Shown: positions 8,738 to 18,649 of the stretch, piece after piece
How positions within the stretch are numbered: position 1 is the stretch's first letter
Layout: each line of letters starts with the position of its first letter
Origin: a virus
IMG/VR virus record: IMGVR_UViG_3300048997_000353
Location: 1 to 64,000 of that record
Strand: one strand, 5' to 3'
DNA length: 64,000 nt
Made by a program: the position numbers and the translations under genes
Notes under the pieces: model-generated
Database searches by the model: none
Seen by the model: the letters and a program-made list of their open reading frames with translations, nothing else
What the model was told of the DNA's origin: nothing

Positions 8738-9258
8738 CAGAGGACCTTCTTCACAAGCTTAAGGAACGGTGACCACAGGATCGTGTCCGGAGTACAAAAA
8801 TAAGAAGGACGATCAGGATTGAGCCACGGCTGATTTCCGTTGAGTGCCCAATCCCGCAGATTGGCGTACCAGGCAAACCGGCTGCAGATGAAAGATTTCC
8901 TTTTGACCAGTTCAAGATCGAGCGCGATGCCGGCAATGTCCCACCAGTCATAGCCGAATCCCGTAAACGTCAATCCCTGTTTGTAGGCAGACTCAATGTT
9001 GGGAGCTGTGTACCATTCTTCTTTTGTTGGTTTGCAGTAATCGTACGGCCGGACCTGGACGCCGCCACTCAGGCGTGAGCCGAGCGTGTCGATCGGCTTG
9101 CCCACGTCATACATGCTCGTCACGTCGGCCGCGTCCGCCACGTCGGCCGCGTCCGCTGTGCGGATAAACTCAACGTGAGAAAATTCACTGCGAGTGCCGA
9201 ACCTAATTAGCGCGGACTCGGGCGACCATTTATCCGTCATGAAGCGAAGATAGATCAT
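8737..9258 (-). CDS. Permuted papain-like (YaeF/YiiX, NlpC/P60) enzyme
   Basis: FSHVE in the N-terminal part; GFGYDW and FICSRF in the C-terminal part (His before Cys). Confidence 0.75.
   Translation of the reverse strand: MIYLRFMTDKWSPESALIRFGTRSEFSHVEFIRTADAADVADAADVTSMYDVGKPIDTLGSRLSGGVQVRPYDYCKPTKEEWYTAPNIESAYKQGLTFTGFGYDWWDIAGIALDLELVKRKSFICSRFAWYANLRDWALNGNQPWLNPDRPSYFCTPDTILWSPFLKLVKKVL
9121..9156. repeat. Perfect 18-bp tandem duplication inside CDS
   Basis: cacgtcggccgcgtccgc x2, encoding ADAADV ADAADV. Confidence 0.9.
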
Positions 9259-9292
9259 GGGTTCCCCGTTGAGATGAATTCAACTCAGCCGA

Positions 9293-10084
9293 TTACCACT
9301 TGCCGAAATGAACGACGAAGGCATCGAACGCCAGTTTGGGATCGGAAATAAATTCGAACGGCATGTCGAAGAGGCCCCCGCGGGCCCAGCCTGTTCCCCA
9401 GGAATTCTGACATGTCACAGTTTTTTTCGAATCATCGTAGCCGAGGCCTGCCAGAATGCAGTGACCGCCCAGAAAGGCCTCGCCATGTTTCGGCATTGCC
9501 ATCAGACCGTCCGCGCCCACATCCTCAAAGCTTTCGTACACACTGAAACCCAGCAGGAACGGATAGCCCGAGGCGATGCAGCACTTCATGTCCGACAAAC
9601 CGTTCAGCCGGTGATAGCCGCCACCCTTCCACCTAGCTGCTTCTGCAACCTGCTGGGGAGTTGGAGCGACCTTGAAATTAATCGGTTGGTACGGATCTTC
9701 GGATTCGAGACAGACCCCATCCTCGACAAGAACATCGGCCGCCGTGCGGATCTGCGCGCCGGAATCTTCGTTGACGGAGTTTTCCCGATTTCGCTCATTC
9801 CAATAAATGAAGAGTGGACTGAATACAGGCGCGTCCGCACCGTCCGCAACTTTTCCATATTTTCGGACAAGAAATTCTTGGCAGGCGGAGGCACCGTGCC
9901 CCGTGCAAGAGCCCAACTTACCCTGATCCTTGATTGGTCCATGCCATTGCGTGAGATCGACAGTGGAAGGGGTTTGAATTGCGCGCGCCCGAAATGGCAA
10001 CGTCCAATCCCGGTAATCGTGCCGGGATTGGAACGCGCCGTACTTCCTGCCGTTGACTTCGAGAAGAGAGAGGCCGAGAGCCAC
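9293..10084 (-). CDS. Papain-family (C1A) cysteine protease
   Basis: IKDQGKLGSC (Gln/Cys), GGHC (His), QNSWGTGW (Asn). Confidence 0.92.
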   Translation of the reverse strand: MALGLSLLEVNGRKYGAFQSRHDYRDWTLPFRARAIQTPSTVDLTQWHGPIKDQGKLGSCTGHGASACQEFLVRKYGKVADGADAPVFSPLFIYWNERNRENSVNEDSGAQIRTAADVLVEDGVCLESEDPYQPINFKVAPTPQQVAEAARWKGGGYHRLNGLSDMKCCIASGYPFLLGFSVYESFEDVGADGLMAMPKHGEAFLGGHCILAGLGYDDSKKTVTCQNSWGTGWARGGLFDMPFEFISDPKLAFDAFVVHFGKW

Positions 10085-10086
10085 GG

Positions 10087-10743
10087 TTAGTGCACCATCG
10101 CTGCGGGAAACGACTGACCGATGGCCGTATTGAAAGCTGCTTTGAGCTCGTGTGGCTTGGGCGGCAGAACAGCCTTCGCAAGCGTGGCGGAAGCTTTCCG
10201 GTTGCCGGCCGCCGCAACTTTGGCGACAGGGACCAGGGAAATGAGCGCCACGACCGTTTGAAGCGCGAGTCCTATGCCCACCACGATGGAAGCGCCCACC
10301 GCCTGCGGCAACCCTTTCGCAAGGCTCAGCATTTCCGTGATGTGCGCGTTAGCGGTGGTCAATGCCGCGTCGATCTTTTGCAGCAGCGTGGCTTGTGTTG
10401 CTGAGTCGGGGGACGCCTGATACTGTCCTACCAAGCTCGTTGCATCGCATTTGGTTGAGCCAGGTACCGGACTGCCGCACAATAACTGCAAAGAGGCGAG
10501 CGTCAAGCCGCCGGCCGCTTGAATCGCGACGGACACTCCAGGAGCGACGATGCTCGTGATGTTCGAAACCATCTGAATGACCACCGGCAGATCCGCTTCG
10601 GCGGCGGCCACGAAATTGGCGAACGAGCAACCGCCAACAACGATCGTCACGACAAGCAGCGCAACCACAAAGATGTAACCGATCCATTTCGGTGTACCGA
10701 CTGCTGGGCCGCGCGCGGACCAGAGAGGCATTGGATGTGTCAT
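10087..10743 (-). CDS. Putative lipoprotein/membrane protein (lysis region, possibly spanin-like)
   Basis: Hydrophobic segment ending VGGC (lipobox-like), amphipathic helices and a second hydrophobic segment near the C-terminus. Confidence 0.55.
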   Translation of the reverse strand: MTHPMPLWSARGPAVGTPKWIGYIFVVALLVVTIVVGGCSFANFVAAAEADLPVVIQMVSNITSIVAPGVSVAIQAAGGLTLASLQLLCGSPVPGSTKCDATSLVGQYQASPDSATQATLLQKIDAALTTANAHITEMLSLAKGLPQAVGASIVVGIGLALQTVVALISLVPVAKVAAAGNRKASATLAKAVLPPKPHELKAAFNTAIGQSFPAAMVH

Positions 10744-10761
10744 AGATATCCTTTCAGAAAT

Positions 10762-11316
10762 TTATTCTTTCTCTTCTTGTGGAGCCATGATGGAAACCGA
10801 TGTCTTTGTTTCCGTCACGGGGATTGCCTGATTGACCGGAGTAATTTTTGTTGTTGTCTCAACCGTAGCCACTTGCTCTTGTGGGACCTGTGGGATCCGT
10901 TCCAGTAAAAATGTTTGGATCCAGTTGACCCAGGCCGGAGCCTTGTCGAGCTTTGCCTTGGCGAACGAATTCAGGAGCACGTCGGCCAGAAGCCCCAGGG
11001 CAATCGCCGCCACGGGGCTGTTCCCTGTATTGACAGGGAATTGCCAGGTCGCGTGAAAAAAAGATAGAAGATCGTTCACGCTGTAGTGGCGCCACAGATA
11101 GAAAATGGTGAGCCACTCCACGATGAACCGAATCAGCAAAATATCCCAATTCATCGCGACGTAAGCACTCCTGGACTTGATGGGATTCTGCTTGCTCCTG
11201 ATGGCGGCGGCCGCGCAAATGAGAACCCACACACACTGGCCCGCCACGAACAAGGTCCAGTAAATGACGTCCCCGATCTGGTGCGGCGAAATGAACGCTG
11301 CCATTTCTTGCTCCAC
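10762..11316 (-). CDS. Multi-pass membrane protein, candidate holin
   Basis: About 3 hydrophobic segments and a hydrophilic C-tail; position upstream of the hydrolase genes. Confidence 0.5.
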   Translation of the reverse strand: MEQEMAAFISPHQIGDVIYWTLFVAGQCVWVLICAAAAIRSKQNPIKSRSAYVAMNWDILLIRFIVEWLTIFYLWRHYSVNDLLSFFHATWQFPVNTGNSPVAAIALGLLADVLLNSFAKAKLDKAPAWVNWIQTFLLERIPQVPQEQVATVETTTKITPVNQAIPVTETKTSVSIMAPQEEKE

Positions 11317-11591
11317 TATTTATCTCCCTTGATACTCATGATCGAAAGATGCAACTGCCGGACGTCTTCCCGAACTTCCTGGCGAAAATCGCTAAATTCT
11401 TCGCGGGAAACGTTCGATTTCCCATCCTGGCTGTCGAGCCTCTTGATCACGTCCTCGACGTTCTGTGAAAGCCGGCCATACATGTACGCGAGCCCTACGA
11501 GTTGCACGAGCAACATGATAAAAACATGCCAATATCTGAGCACGACGAATCCACCGCCGCTTCTGGTTTGTCTGTCCGTAGTTTCATCCAT
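11316..11591 (-). CDS. Single-TM coiled-coil protein (lysis region)
   Basis: WHVFIMLLVQLVGLAYMYG transmembrane segment followed by heptads. Confidence 0.6.
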   Translation of the reverse strand: MDETTDRQTRSGGGFVVLRYWHVFIMLLVQLVGLAYMYGRLSQNVEDVIKRLDSQDGKSNVSREEFSDFRQEVREDVRQLHLSIMSIKGDK

Positions 11592-11620
11592 CCGCCCGCC
11601 TCGGGAGATTAGTTAGACCA

Positions 11621-11656
11621 AAGAGAGTGAGGCGGCTGGTTCCTCCACTCTCTCTC
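11621..11656 (-). terminator. Intergenic hairpin, possible terminator
   Basis: AGAGAGTG...CACTCTCT inverted repeat followed by a short U tract on the minus strand. Confidence 0.4.
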
Positions 11657-11669
11657 GGTCCTTCGTTCG

Positions 11670-12134
11670 TTAAGCTGCTACCGGAGCACTTTCGTCCAGT
11701 TCAACGGTCGCAGCCGGTCCAGGCGAGATCGTAAAGTTGGACACGCCGGCGATATTGGCGACGGGATCAGTCAACGTCACAGAACCTGCGCCTGGCTTGG
11801 AAGCAGTGAACTCCCCGCCCAAGCCGTCCGGATCCATGACAAAAACGCCAAGGGTATCGTCGGACACCGTGGCCGTGAACGGATTGGCGGGTGAAACGAC
11901 AAAGCCTTTGCTATCGAGCTCGTCCTTCACTCGAATTCTGTACTTCTGCACGTCGGTCAAATTGACCATCTGATTTCCTCTCTTTTTTTTGCCGTCAGGC
12001 AAAGTCATTTCCAGATCCACGAAAACGGGCGGGCCAGGCCGAGTATGGGCCGCAATTGCCTCCAACAGTTCTACGGCGCGCTCGAGCAGTTGCCGCTTAC
12101 TCAGACTGCATCCCATAAACCATCTCCTGAACAT
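11670..12134 (-). CDS. Ig-like beta-sandwich protein
   Basis: Beta-rich C-terminal domain (TATVSDDTLG...PGAGSVTLT...FTISPGPAATVEL); start uncertain. Confidence 0.55.
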   Translation of the reverse strand: MFRRWFMGCSLSKRQLLERAVELLEAIAAHTRPGPPVFVDLEMTLPDGKKKRGNQMVNLTDVQKYRIRVKDELDSKGFVVSPANPFTATVSDDTLGVFVMDPDGLGGEFTASKPGAGSVTLTDPVANIAGVSNFTISPGPAATVELDESAPVAA

Positions 12135-12154
12135 TTAAGGCTCCGTCAACTAAA

Positions 12155-12640
12155 TCACGATCCGCTGGCTTTGCAACCGGAAGGATTCGACGGATTGTTA
12201 GGAATGACACTAGTGGCTTCGTTGCTGAAACCGGATTGGTTGCCGTTCGAGGACTGCGCCGCGACCACGTAGAAATACGTCGTCCCAGGCACGACCGAGG
12301 TGTCCGTGTAGCTTGTCGTGGTCACGAGAGTCGATCCGTTGAGAGCGAACGAGCCCCCCTCGCCATTGGCAGTCGTGGAGCGATAGATGTTGTAACCTGA
12401 CACCGTCAAACCAGTCACGGGAGCACCAGGCGTCCAGATCAGGCCGGTCGAGTGCGCCGTGCCGTTCGGTAAACCGACCGGAACCGAGCCGACTTGCGGG
12501 GCCGGCGCCGCCTCGACAACACTAAGCTTCAAAGCCCGGGGAGCGAGTGCGCGTCCGGCGGACATCACGTCCGAGGCAGCCCCGAACGCCAAACTCAGAA
12601 CCAGCCAACCGAACAGCATTGTCGAACATTTCTTCCTCAT
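12155..12640 (-). CDS. Secreted fibronectin type III-like protein
   Basis: Signal peptide after AGGAG RBS; LIWTP...VSGYNIYRS...TSYTDTSVVPGTTYFYVVAA...SGFSNE. Confidence 0.85.
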   Translation of the reverse strand: MRKKCSTMLFGWLVLSLAFGAASDVMSAGRALAPRALKLSVVEAAPAPQVGSVPVGLPNGTAHSTGLIWTPGAPVTGLTVSGYNIYRSTTANGEGGSFALNGSTLVTTTSYTDTSVVPGTTYFYVVAAQSSNGNQSGFSNEATSVIPNNPSNPSGCKASGS

Positions 12641-12666
12641 TTCATCTCCTTGGTTTGATTTGCAAA

Positions 12667-13332
12667 TCAACCTCTCGCGTGAATCATCTTGGCCAACTCC
12701 AGTCGGTTGAGCACGCCGAACTTGGCGAGCAAGCTCGATACATGAAATTTCACTGTCCGCTCGCTGATATTCAAGTTTGCTGCGATTTCCTTATTCTGCA
12801 GAGCCGACAGAACACCATCGAGAACTTGCTGTTCCCTGTTCGAAATCTTTACGGGATTCCCTAAAGCGAAGCCACTCTGAATGAGGCTCTCGGCCCTAGC
12901 CGTAATCCGCAACCACTCTGATTCAGGTTCTACCCGCGCAATGCCGAAGGACGAAAGCGGTCGACCGGTCCTCAGACAATAAATCGCCAAAATGCTGGAA
13001 ACTTCATCAAGAGGAATCCCGCCAGTAGCTGTGCCGCACACTTGAAACCGGACATGGACATCCTCAAAAACGATAAATTTAGCGGCATCTGGATTCTCCA
13101 GTGGGAGCGCGATCCTATCCGGTGGGCGTTGCTTGGTCTGCACTTTGTTCAATGGGAAACTCCCGGTCGGAAACACCGGTACGGGAAGAGGAGGGGCGCG
13201 CAGGCCGGGAGAAAAATTCTGCTCATCATTTCCCCGCTGGCCGGCAAGGCGTTTTAACCGTGCATATAATGTCTTATGCCGAATCGTATAGCAAGACAAT
13301 CCACGCCGAGTTTCTTCATGAAGTTTCTTCAC
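12667..13332 (-). CDS. LuxR-family HTH transcriptional regulator
   Basis: ISNREQQVL...NKEIAANLNISERTVKFHVSSLLAKFGVLNR; true start is probably downstream of 13332. Confidence 0.88.
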   Translation of the reverse strand: MKKLHEETRRGLSCYTIRHKTLYARLKRLAGQRGNDEQNFSPGLRAPPLPVPVFPTGSFPLNKVQTKQRPPDRIALPLENPDAAKFIVFEDVHVRFQVCGTATGGIPLDEVSSILAIYCLRTGRPLSSFGIARVEPESEWLRITARAESLIQSGFALGNPVKISNREQQVLDGVLSALQNKEIAANLNISERTVKFHVSSLLAKFGVLNRLELAKMIHARG

Positions 13333-15710
13333 ATTGGCAGAATTCCTGTTGGAGCGCCAAGGGACGCGATTGTGATGCTGAGTGACTTGTTATCTACCAA
13401 TGCGCCAGCGTCAACCAGGTGGACTGTGAAACTTGTTGTGCCCGGTAATGCTGGTGTTCCTGAGATTGCTCCCGTACTGAAATTCAGCGACAGTCCCGCG
13501 GGAAGGCTTCCGACGGAGATGGACCAGCTGTATGGCGGCGTCCCGCCCGTTGCACTCAGCGTCGTGGAATAAGCTGCCCCCTGCGTTCCTTGGGGCAGAC
13601 TGGCCGTAGTGATTGTCGGAGGAGCGCCTACCGTGATGCTGAGAGGCTTTGAGTCGGTAAGGGAACCTGCATCTGAAACCTGTACAGTGAAATTATTCGT
13701 CCCGAGTACCGTAGGGGTCCCGGAAATAACGCCAGTGCTGGAATTGAGGGATAAGCCTGTTGGCAGACCTCCAAGGATGATCGACCAAACATACGGCAAT
13801 GTCCCTCCGGTAGCGGATAGCATCACGCTATAGGCAACACCTTGCGCACCTGCTGGCAAAGAAGCGGTCGTTATGGTTGGCGACGTCGGCGTATAGCAAG
13901 ACGCTGCATCGAAATTCAGGGGACCGCCAGTGCCATTTGCCGCACCGCCGAGAGAGTTGTAGCAAGCGTGGGCATCAATCGCGTAGGAGAATCCCCCGGG
14001 ACCACTTCCTCCCGTCACGTCTGGACCAATCGCCGGGAATCGAGTCATCCACGAGGGCTGCGCTGCCAGATAAAAAGAGTTCGGCAGTGTGTGACTAGCT
14101 GGAGTCGATTGCGCGTTCACGAATGTTACCGCGCTTGGCGATGATTCGGTGCCGTCCCATCGAACGGCCGCGTTCACGACGTCATAATTACCCCACCGCA
14201 TGAGCGTGCTTGCAACAAGAGCGTCAACGGACCCGCCGCAAGCGGTCGCCGCATAACCAATCATGTAAATTCGCACGTTGCAGGTCCCTGTTTGGTAGCC
14301 CAGGTGATAGCCGGCCGTCCCGAGTACGTTCCCGATGATGTTTGCGACGCGCGATCCGTACTGAAGCGCAACCGCGAATGTGTTGTCGCTAGTGAGGCCG
14401 AAGCCACCATTATTTCCACGCCCATTGGCGCGGTTGCGAAATTGCGTGGTCAGTCCACTGACACCATGGATGTTATCCGAGTAAATCGATCCATCTAGTT
14501 CGTTCCCTTCGTAGAGGGTAAACTCACACCCGGCATTGTGTTGTGCGGAAATGTTCTGCTGCCAGGTGGTGCTCGTGGCGTAGTAATTATTTATATCGAA
14601 ATTATAGCCGACCACGCTCCCCTGGCTGGACTGGCAAACAACGAATGAAGCGACCTGCTGAGAAATGTTGTTTTCGACGAGAACGTCGCCGCTGATGAAT
14701 AGCTCAACGCCATAAGATTGTGAAGCGTGAGATTGAGTATTCCAGAAATAGGAATCCCGGACGGTGACCTTTGAGGATTGATACACCCAAATGTGATTCC
14801 GCGCGCCAGTTTCGGAGCGAACATTTTGAACCCAACAGCTATCGCAGTCGTAAAAATAAATCCCCGATGCTCCTGTCAGATTCGCATGATTCACGGTCAT
14901 ATTTTCAATGCCAACCCCGGACACACGACCCGTCCACCAAAGGCCCGGAGTCCTGCCAATTCTCCAATTGTTTGCACGTAGACCGGGACTGATCGTGATT
15001 GTGAATGGCCCCGCGCCAGTGCAGGCACTTGCGCATCCGGCCGTCACCGTAACAACCTGCGTCTGACTGTAGTGCACTCCTCCAATCGTGCGTCCGTCTG
15101 AATTTCCATCCCCACAGGTTCCCGTATCGGCAATAAGTACGCCGCCGGTGTCAACGCCGCAATTGTCGTTGGCCTGATCGATGATGATTGTCTGTCCGTT
15201 GAGAAGGCCAGCGCTGCCGCAGTTTGTAACCGTTAGCGACGTTGCACCCTGAGCGAATCCGCCGGTCCATGTGCATGCATTGCTGCCGCCTGGCTGAACT
15301 TGCGCGGATCCGACGAAAAAAGCATTACTGGAAGGAGGAATGCAGATATCCGCCCCGAGACCATTGCAGGAATCGCCCGAACTCGTGAAATTAAGGATCG
15401 TTGAATTCGGTCCAGCGCCGCGCAGCGTGACATTGTTTTTATTTACGTGGAATCCGCCAATGCTGTAGGTTCCCGCATTCAGGAAAACCACTTGATTCGC
15501 AGGGCACGCAGCGATCGCTGCGTTCATGGCCGATGCCGTCACACCCGCGCTGAGGGTCGCGCAAATCGTGCTGCGACTCGCAATCGAGGCTCCAACCCCG
15601 GACCAGTCCGTCGCGCGCGTGGGGTCGATGATTCCTGACCAGGCTTGTGCTTTGGCATGAATCGGCGCACAGATAAGGATAATTAGAGATAGTAAGAGTT
15701 TTTTTATCAT
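13329..15710 (-). CDS. Secreted pectin-lyase-like beta-helix protein with two C-terminal putative Ig (He_PIG) domains
   Basis: MIKKLL signal peptide; VFLNAGTY...VTLRGAG beta-helix cap; two ITTASLP..GxAYS..LSATGG..PYxW...LPxGLSL..STGxISGTP repeats. Confidence 0.85.
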   Translation of the reverse strand: MIKKLLLSLIILICAPIHAKAQAWSGIIDPTRATDWSGVGASIASRSTICATLSAGVTASAMNAAIAACPANQVVFLNAGTYSIGGFHVNKNNVTLRGAGPNSTILNFTSSGDSCNGLGADICIPPSSNAFFVGSAQVQPGGSNACTWTGGFAQGATSLTVTNCGSAGLLNGQTIIIDQANDNCGVDTGGVLIADTGTCGDGNSDGRTIGGVHYSQTQVVTVTAGCASACTGAGPFTITISPGLRANNWRIGRTPGLWWTGRVSGVGIENMTVNHANLTGASGIYFYDCDSCWVQNVRSETGARNHIWVYQSSKVTVRDSYFWNTQSHASQSYGVELFISGDVLVENNISQQVASFVVCQSSQGSVVGYNFDINNYYATSTTWQQNISAQHNAGCEFTLYEGNELDGSIYSDNIHGVSGLTTQFRNRANGRGNNGGFGLTSDNTFAVALQYGSRVANIIGNVLGTAGYHLGYQTGTCNVRIYMIGYAATACGGSVDALVASTLMRWGNYDVVNAAVRWDGTESSPSAVTFVNAQSTPASHTLPNSFYLAAQPSWMTRFPAIGPDVTGGSGPGGFSYAIDAHACYNSLGGAANGTGGPLNFDAASCYTPTSPTITTASLPAGAQGVAYSVMLSATGGTLPYVWSIILGGLPTGLSLNSSTGVISGTPTVLGTNNFTVQVSDAGSLTDSKPLSITVGAPPTITTASLPQGTQGAAYSTTLSATGGTPPYSWSISVGSLPAGLSLNFSTGAISGTPALPGTTSFTVHLVDAGALVDNKSLSITIASLGAPTGILPM

Positions 15711-16369
15711 CTGCGCCTCTGGACTATCCCGCCAGCAGAATAAAAATTGGCCAATATCGTGTATGGAAATACGGCAGTGTTCCCGCAACTATAAGTGCCT
15801 GTCGAAGTAACCTGTTGGTCGCCAAGAACAATATTCGTACCACCATTTGTAACCCTTGTCACGATTGGCGAATTCAGTGTAAGACCTCCACCCGCACCAC
15901 CCGCACCAACGCACACAAGATCACTTATGGCGTGTGTCGTCGTAACCGTTGCGGTGCTTCCGGGGTCCTGTACATTGAATTGATCCAGTGTGTTGGTATT
16001 CCACTCCCCACAAAGATTAGCCGTGCTGCCAGTACCAGTCATCGTGATTGTCTCAGAACCAGATGATGTGGCCACTCCAGAGTAGACTGTGGAATGATTT
16101 GTAGTCCCTAAGAAAATCCAAGAAGTAACTCTCGTACTCGTGACGCCTATAATCACTGAATTGTTCTGATTAGAAGCTACTATTTCTCGATCACCAGAGG
16201 TTACATTGCTTGAAAATGTGCAAGTTCCAGGAAAAGCACTGTTAGATCCAACGGCTGCTTGCACAAAGCTGGCATGTCGAATCTGAAATTGTCCATTGAC
16301 GATCAGGGTGACGGCTAGCAGTACCAGAACAAAAATGTTTACACGAGGACCTGTCCTCACTTTTTTCAT
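15707..16369 (-). CDS. Signal/TM-bearing beta-rich protein
   Basis: N-terminal hydrophobic segment; FVQA...TFSSNVTSGD-type domain resembling the insert in the tail protein at 21513-23549. Confidence 0.65.
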   Translation of the reverse strand: MKKVRTGPRVNIFVLVLLAVTLIVNGQFQIRHASFVQAAVGSNSAFPGTCTFSSNVTSGDREIVASNQNNSVIIGVTSTRVTSWIFLGTTNHSTVYSGVATSSGSETITMTGTGSTANLCGEWNTNTLDQFNVQDPGSTATVTTTHAISDLVCVGAGGAGGGLTLNSPIVTRVTNGGTNIVLGDQQVTSTGTYSCGNTAVFPYTILANFYSAGGIVQRRR

Positions 16370-17568
16370 CAGAAGGTCCCCGAGGCGTTAAAGTTGATTT
16401 GATCGCTCACACCGTCGAATACAACCGTCCACGTAATCGCATCACCATTGGGAAGTGTCGTTGTGCCGCTCTGCGTTCCTGCCGCGCCGCCGCTGGCTTT
16501 CGTGCTATTGCAAGTGACTGGCCCGGTCAATAATGCCGTGCCAGCATTATTGGCAGCATTCACCGTCGTACTTCCCGTTGGGCAATAGGCACGGATGCCC
16601 GTCAACGTGACCGTACTGCCTGTGTCATTGACGCAAGAAAATTGACTGACTGTACCTGCGGGGATGGCGCCGCTCAGCGACTGAAATCCGCGGGAGTTGC
16701 ATGCTTGCCAGATGCTGGAACCTGAAGGTGGACTCACGATCGTGCACTGAATCGTGGAATTGTCCCAACTGTAGCAATAGAACGTCGAAGAGGCTGGCAC
16801 GCCAATGTTGGATCCCAGCGTTCCGTTGTTCGCAGCAATCTGGCTCGTCGTTGGCGTGATCGTCAACGTAGTTGTAGTGGCCGTTTTTCCACAGAAATCA
16901 AAGTTGTTTTGAAAATCACCCACGCCGACTTGCGGCGCCGCAACAGCAACCGCGCCACCATTCGTATAGAGCATGCACCTTCCGCGGTCTGTGGACAGGA
17001 TCGTGTCGGAAGTTCCTGTCACGGTGCGTCCCGCCATTCCAGGCTTGCAATACGTTAGCGTTGGGATACCTCCGGAAACGACATCACATGGGAAAAAAGT
17101 AATGTTAGGGGAAGTTGGCGGCGGCCCGAAAGCGCTCCCCCCACATCCCGATTGAAAGAGCGTTCTGACATCCGTGATCGACGTGATGACGCCGCCAGAG
17201 GCGGGGACAATTGCGATGGGGAATGTAGAGCACGTAAAGATGCTTGTGCTGACGGCGGGAACACAGCCACCCGAGCCGTCCAGATACACATAGTTCGTGA
17301 CACTGTTGGCCATGGTGAGCGTGCCGCTCGTGGGACCATAATTCACGATGGCGCCGGCACAAAAGCTTGTCCCCGGACCCAGGTTTAGCGTTAAGCCAGA
17401 TCCCGCGGTCGGAGCATAGCCAATGGCAACACCCTGGATGAATTTTGCATTTACATCAAATATCGGCGCGACCGGTGGCGTGTTCGCAGCTTGTGGCTGT
17501 TGAGCGAACACAGCGACAGGCGCGAAGAAAGCCAATGCCAAAAGCAAACGCGATAAATATTTACCCAT
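16369..17568 (-). CDS. Signal-peptide-bearing fibre-like protein
   Basis: GGAGG RBS before MGKYLSRLLLALAFFAPVAVFA; G/S/T-rich beta structure. Confidence 0.7.
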   Translation of the reverse strand: MGKYLSRLLLALAFFAPVAVFAQQPQAANTPPVAPIFDVNAKFIQGVAIGYAPTAGSGLTLNLGPGTSFCAGAIVNYGPTSGTLTMANSVTNYVYLDGSGGCVPAVSTSIFTCSTFPIAIVPASGGVITSITDVRTLFQSGCGGSAFGPPPTSPNITFFPCDVVSGGIPTLTYCKPGMAGRTVTGTSDTILSTDRGRCMLYTNGGAVAVAAPQVGVGDFQNNFDFCGKTATTTTLTITPTTSQIAANNGTLGSNIGVPASSTFYCYSWDNSTIQCTIVSPPSGSSIWQACNSRGFQSLSGAIPAGTVSQFSCVNDTGSTVTLTGIRAYCPTGSTTVNAANNAGTALLTGPVTCNSTKASGGAAGTQSGTTTLPNGDAITWTVVFDGVSDQINFNASGTF

Positions 17569-17584
17569 CTTATTCCTCCTGAAA

Positions 17585-18646
17585 TCACGCCACAAACGTG
17601 TACGATCCGCCAGTTGGTGTGGCCGCTGCAATCACGATAGTAAATGATTTGTCCGCCGTGCCGTTCGCGTTAACAGCACGAAGAGTGAAAGTATAACTAG
17701 CAGCGACACTTGGAGTACCGGAGAGGATTCCAACATTGCCAGATCCGGCTGACAGAACAAGACCAGTTGGCAATGATCCTGAAAGTAAGCTGTAGGTGAC
17801 AGCCGGTATCCCCGGCATGTCCCACTCTTCGTGGTAGGCGACGCCCACCTTTCCATCACCGAATATCCAACTGCCCCAATTTGGTGGGCCTGTTACGATG
17901 GCCCCTACTACGGGTATAGGTTCATCCACATTGCGTAAGAATTGTTGTAAGACAATAGACTTTACAACCGTAGCTGTTGGGCCATTAGTGTTTGATGGCT
18001 CATCTACCTGACCTAGACTCCCACCTGTTCTTAGCTCTAAACAGGCGCACGCCCAAGCCCGCGAATTATTTAGTACCCCGCCTTCAAATAAGTTAAGTGC
18101 GTTTGCAGGACTGCTGTCTTCAACTAAAACCACTCCGGCTACCGTAGCCGCTGGAATGATAGACTGCCGCGAAGTGCCTCCAAAATCTTCCGTGAGCGTG
18201 TCTCCGCTTGAAGAAGCTATAGCCAAAGACGTTATCACAAAGTTACTTATGTCCTGCGTAGCTGCACTGACGTTGGGGTGGGTGTTTGTGCCTGTATTCG
18301 TCCCTGTGTTTCCTGACCCCGTAGGTCCAGAGTACTGTTCATAGGCCGCTGCTGCCAAAGTTGACCCGGAAAAAGAAACCAAGATGACGTTCGATGCGTT
18401 GTGTACAGCCGCATGGGTGTACCAGATTTCCGACCTGATCGCTGAACCGTTGTTGACCGAGGCTTTTAGAGTATAGGTATTAAGTGCCGTATCCGTAATC
18501 GTTGACACAGATTTAGTCGTGTCTAGGATTGCCACACAGACTACGATGTCTTGCCCCGCTGTATTAGAGAATCCAGCGAACGTGAGAGACGCAGTGGCTC
18601 CCGCGTGGTTATCAACCGTTGATCCGGCAGTAGGGGTTATCGCCAT
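17585..18646 (-). CDS. Virion-associated protein with C-terminal putative Ig domain
   Basis: YSLLSGSLPTGLVL...ILSGTPSVAASYTFTLRAVNANG. Confidence 0.7.
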   Translation of the reverse strand: MAITPTAGSTVDNHAGATASLTFAGFSNTAGQDIVVCVAILDTTKSVSTITDTALNTYTLKASVNNGSAIRSEIWYTHAAVHNASNVILVSFSGSTLAAAAYEQYSGPTGSGNTGTNTGTNTHPNVSAATQDISNFVITSLAIASSSGDTLTEDFGGTSRQSIIPAATVAGVVLVEDSSPANALNLFEGGVLNNSRAWACACLELRTGGSLGQVDEPSNTNGPTATVVKSIVLQQFLRNVDEPIPVVGAIVTGPPNWGSWIFGDGKVGVAYHEEWDMPGIPAVTYSLLSGSLPTGLVLSAGSGNVGILSGTPSVAASYTFTLRAVNANGTADKSFTIVIAAATPTGGSYTFVA

Positions 18647-18649
18647 TTA

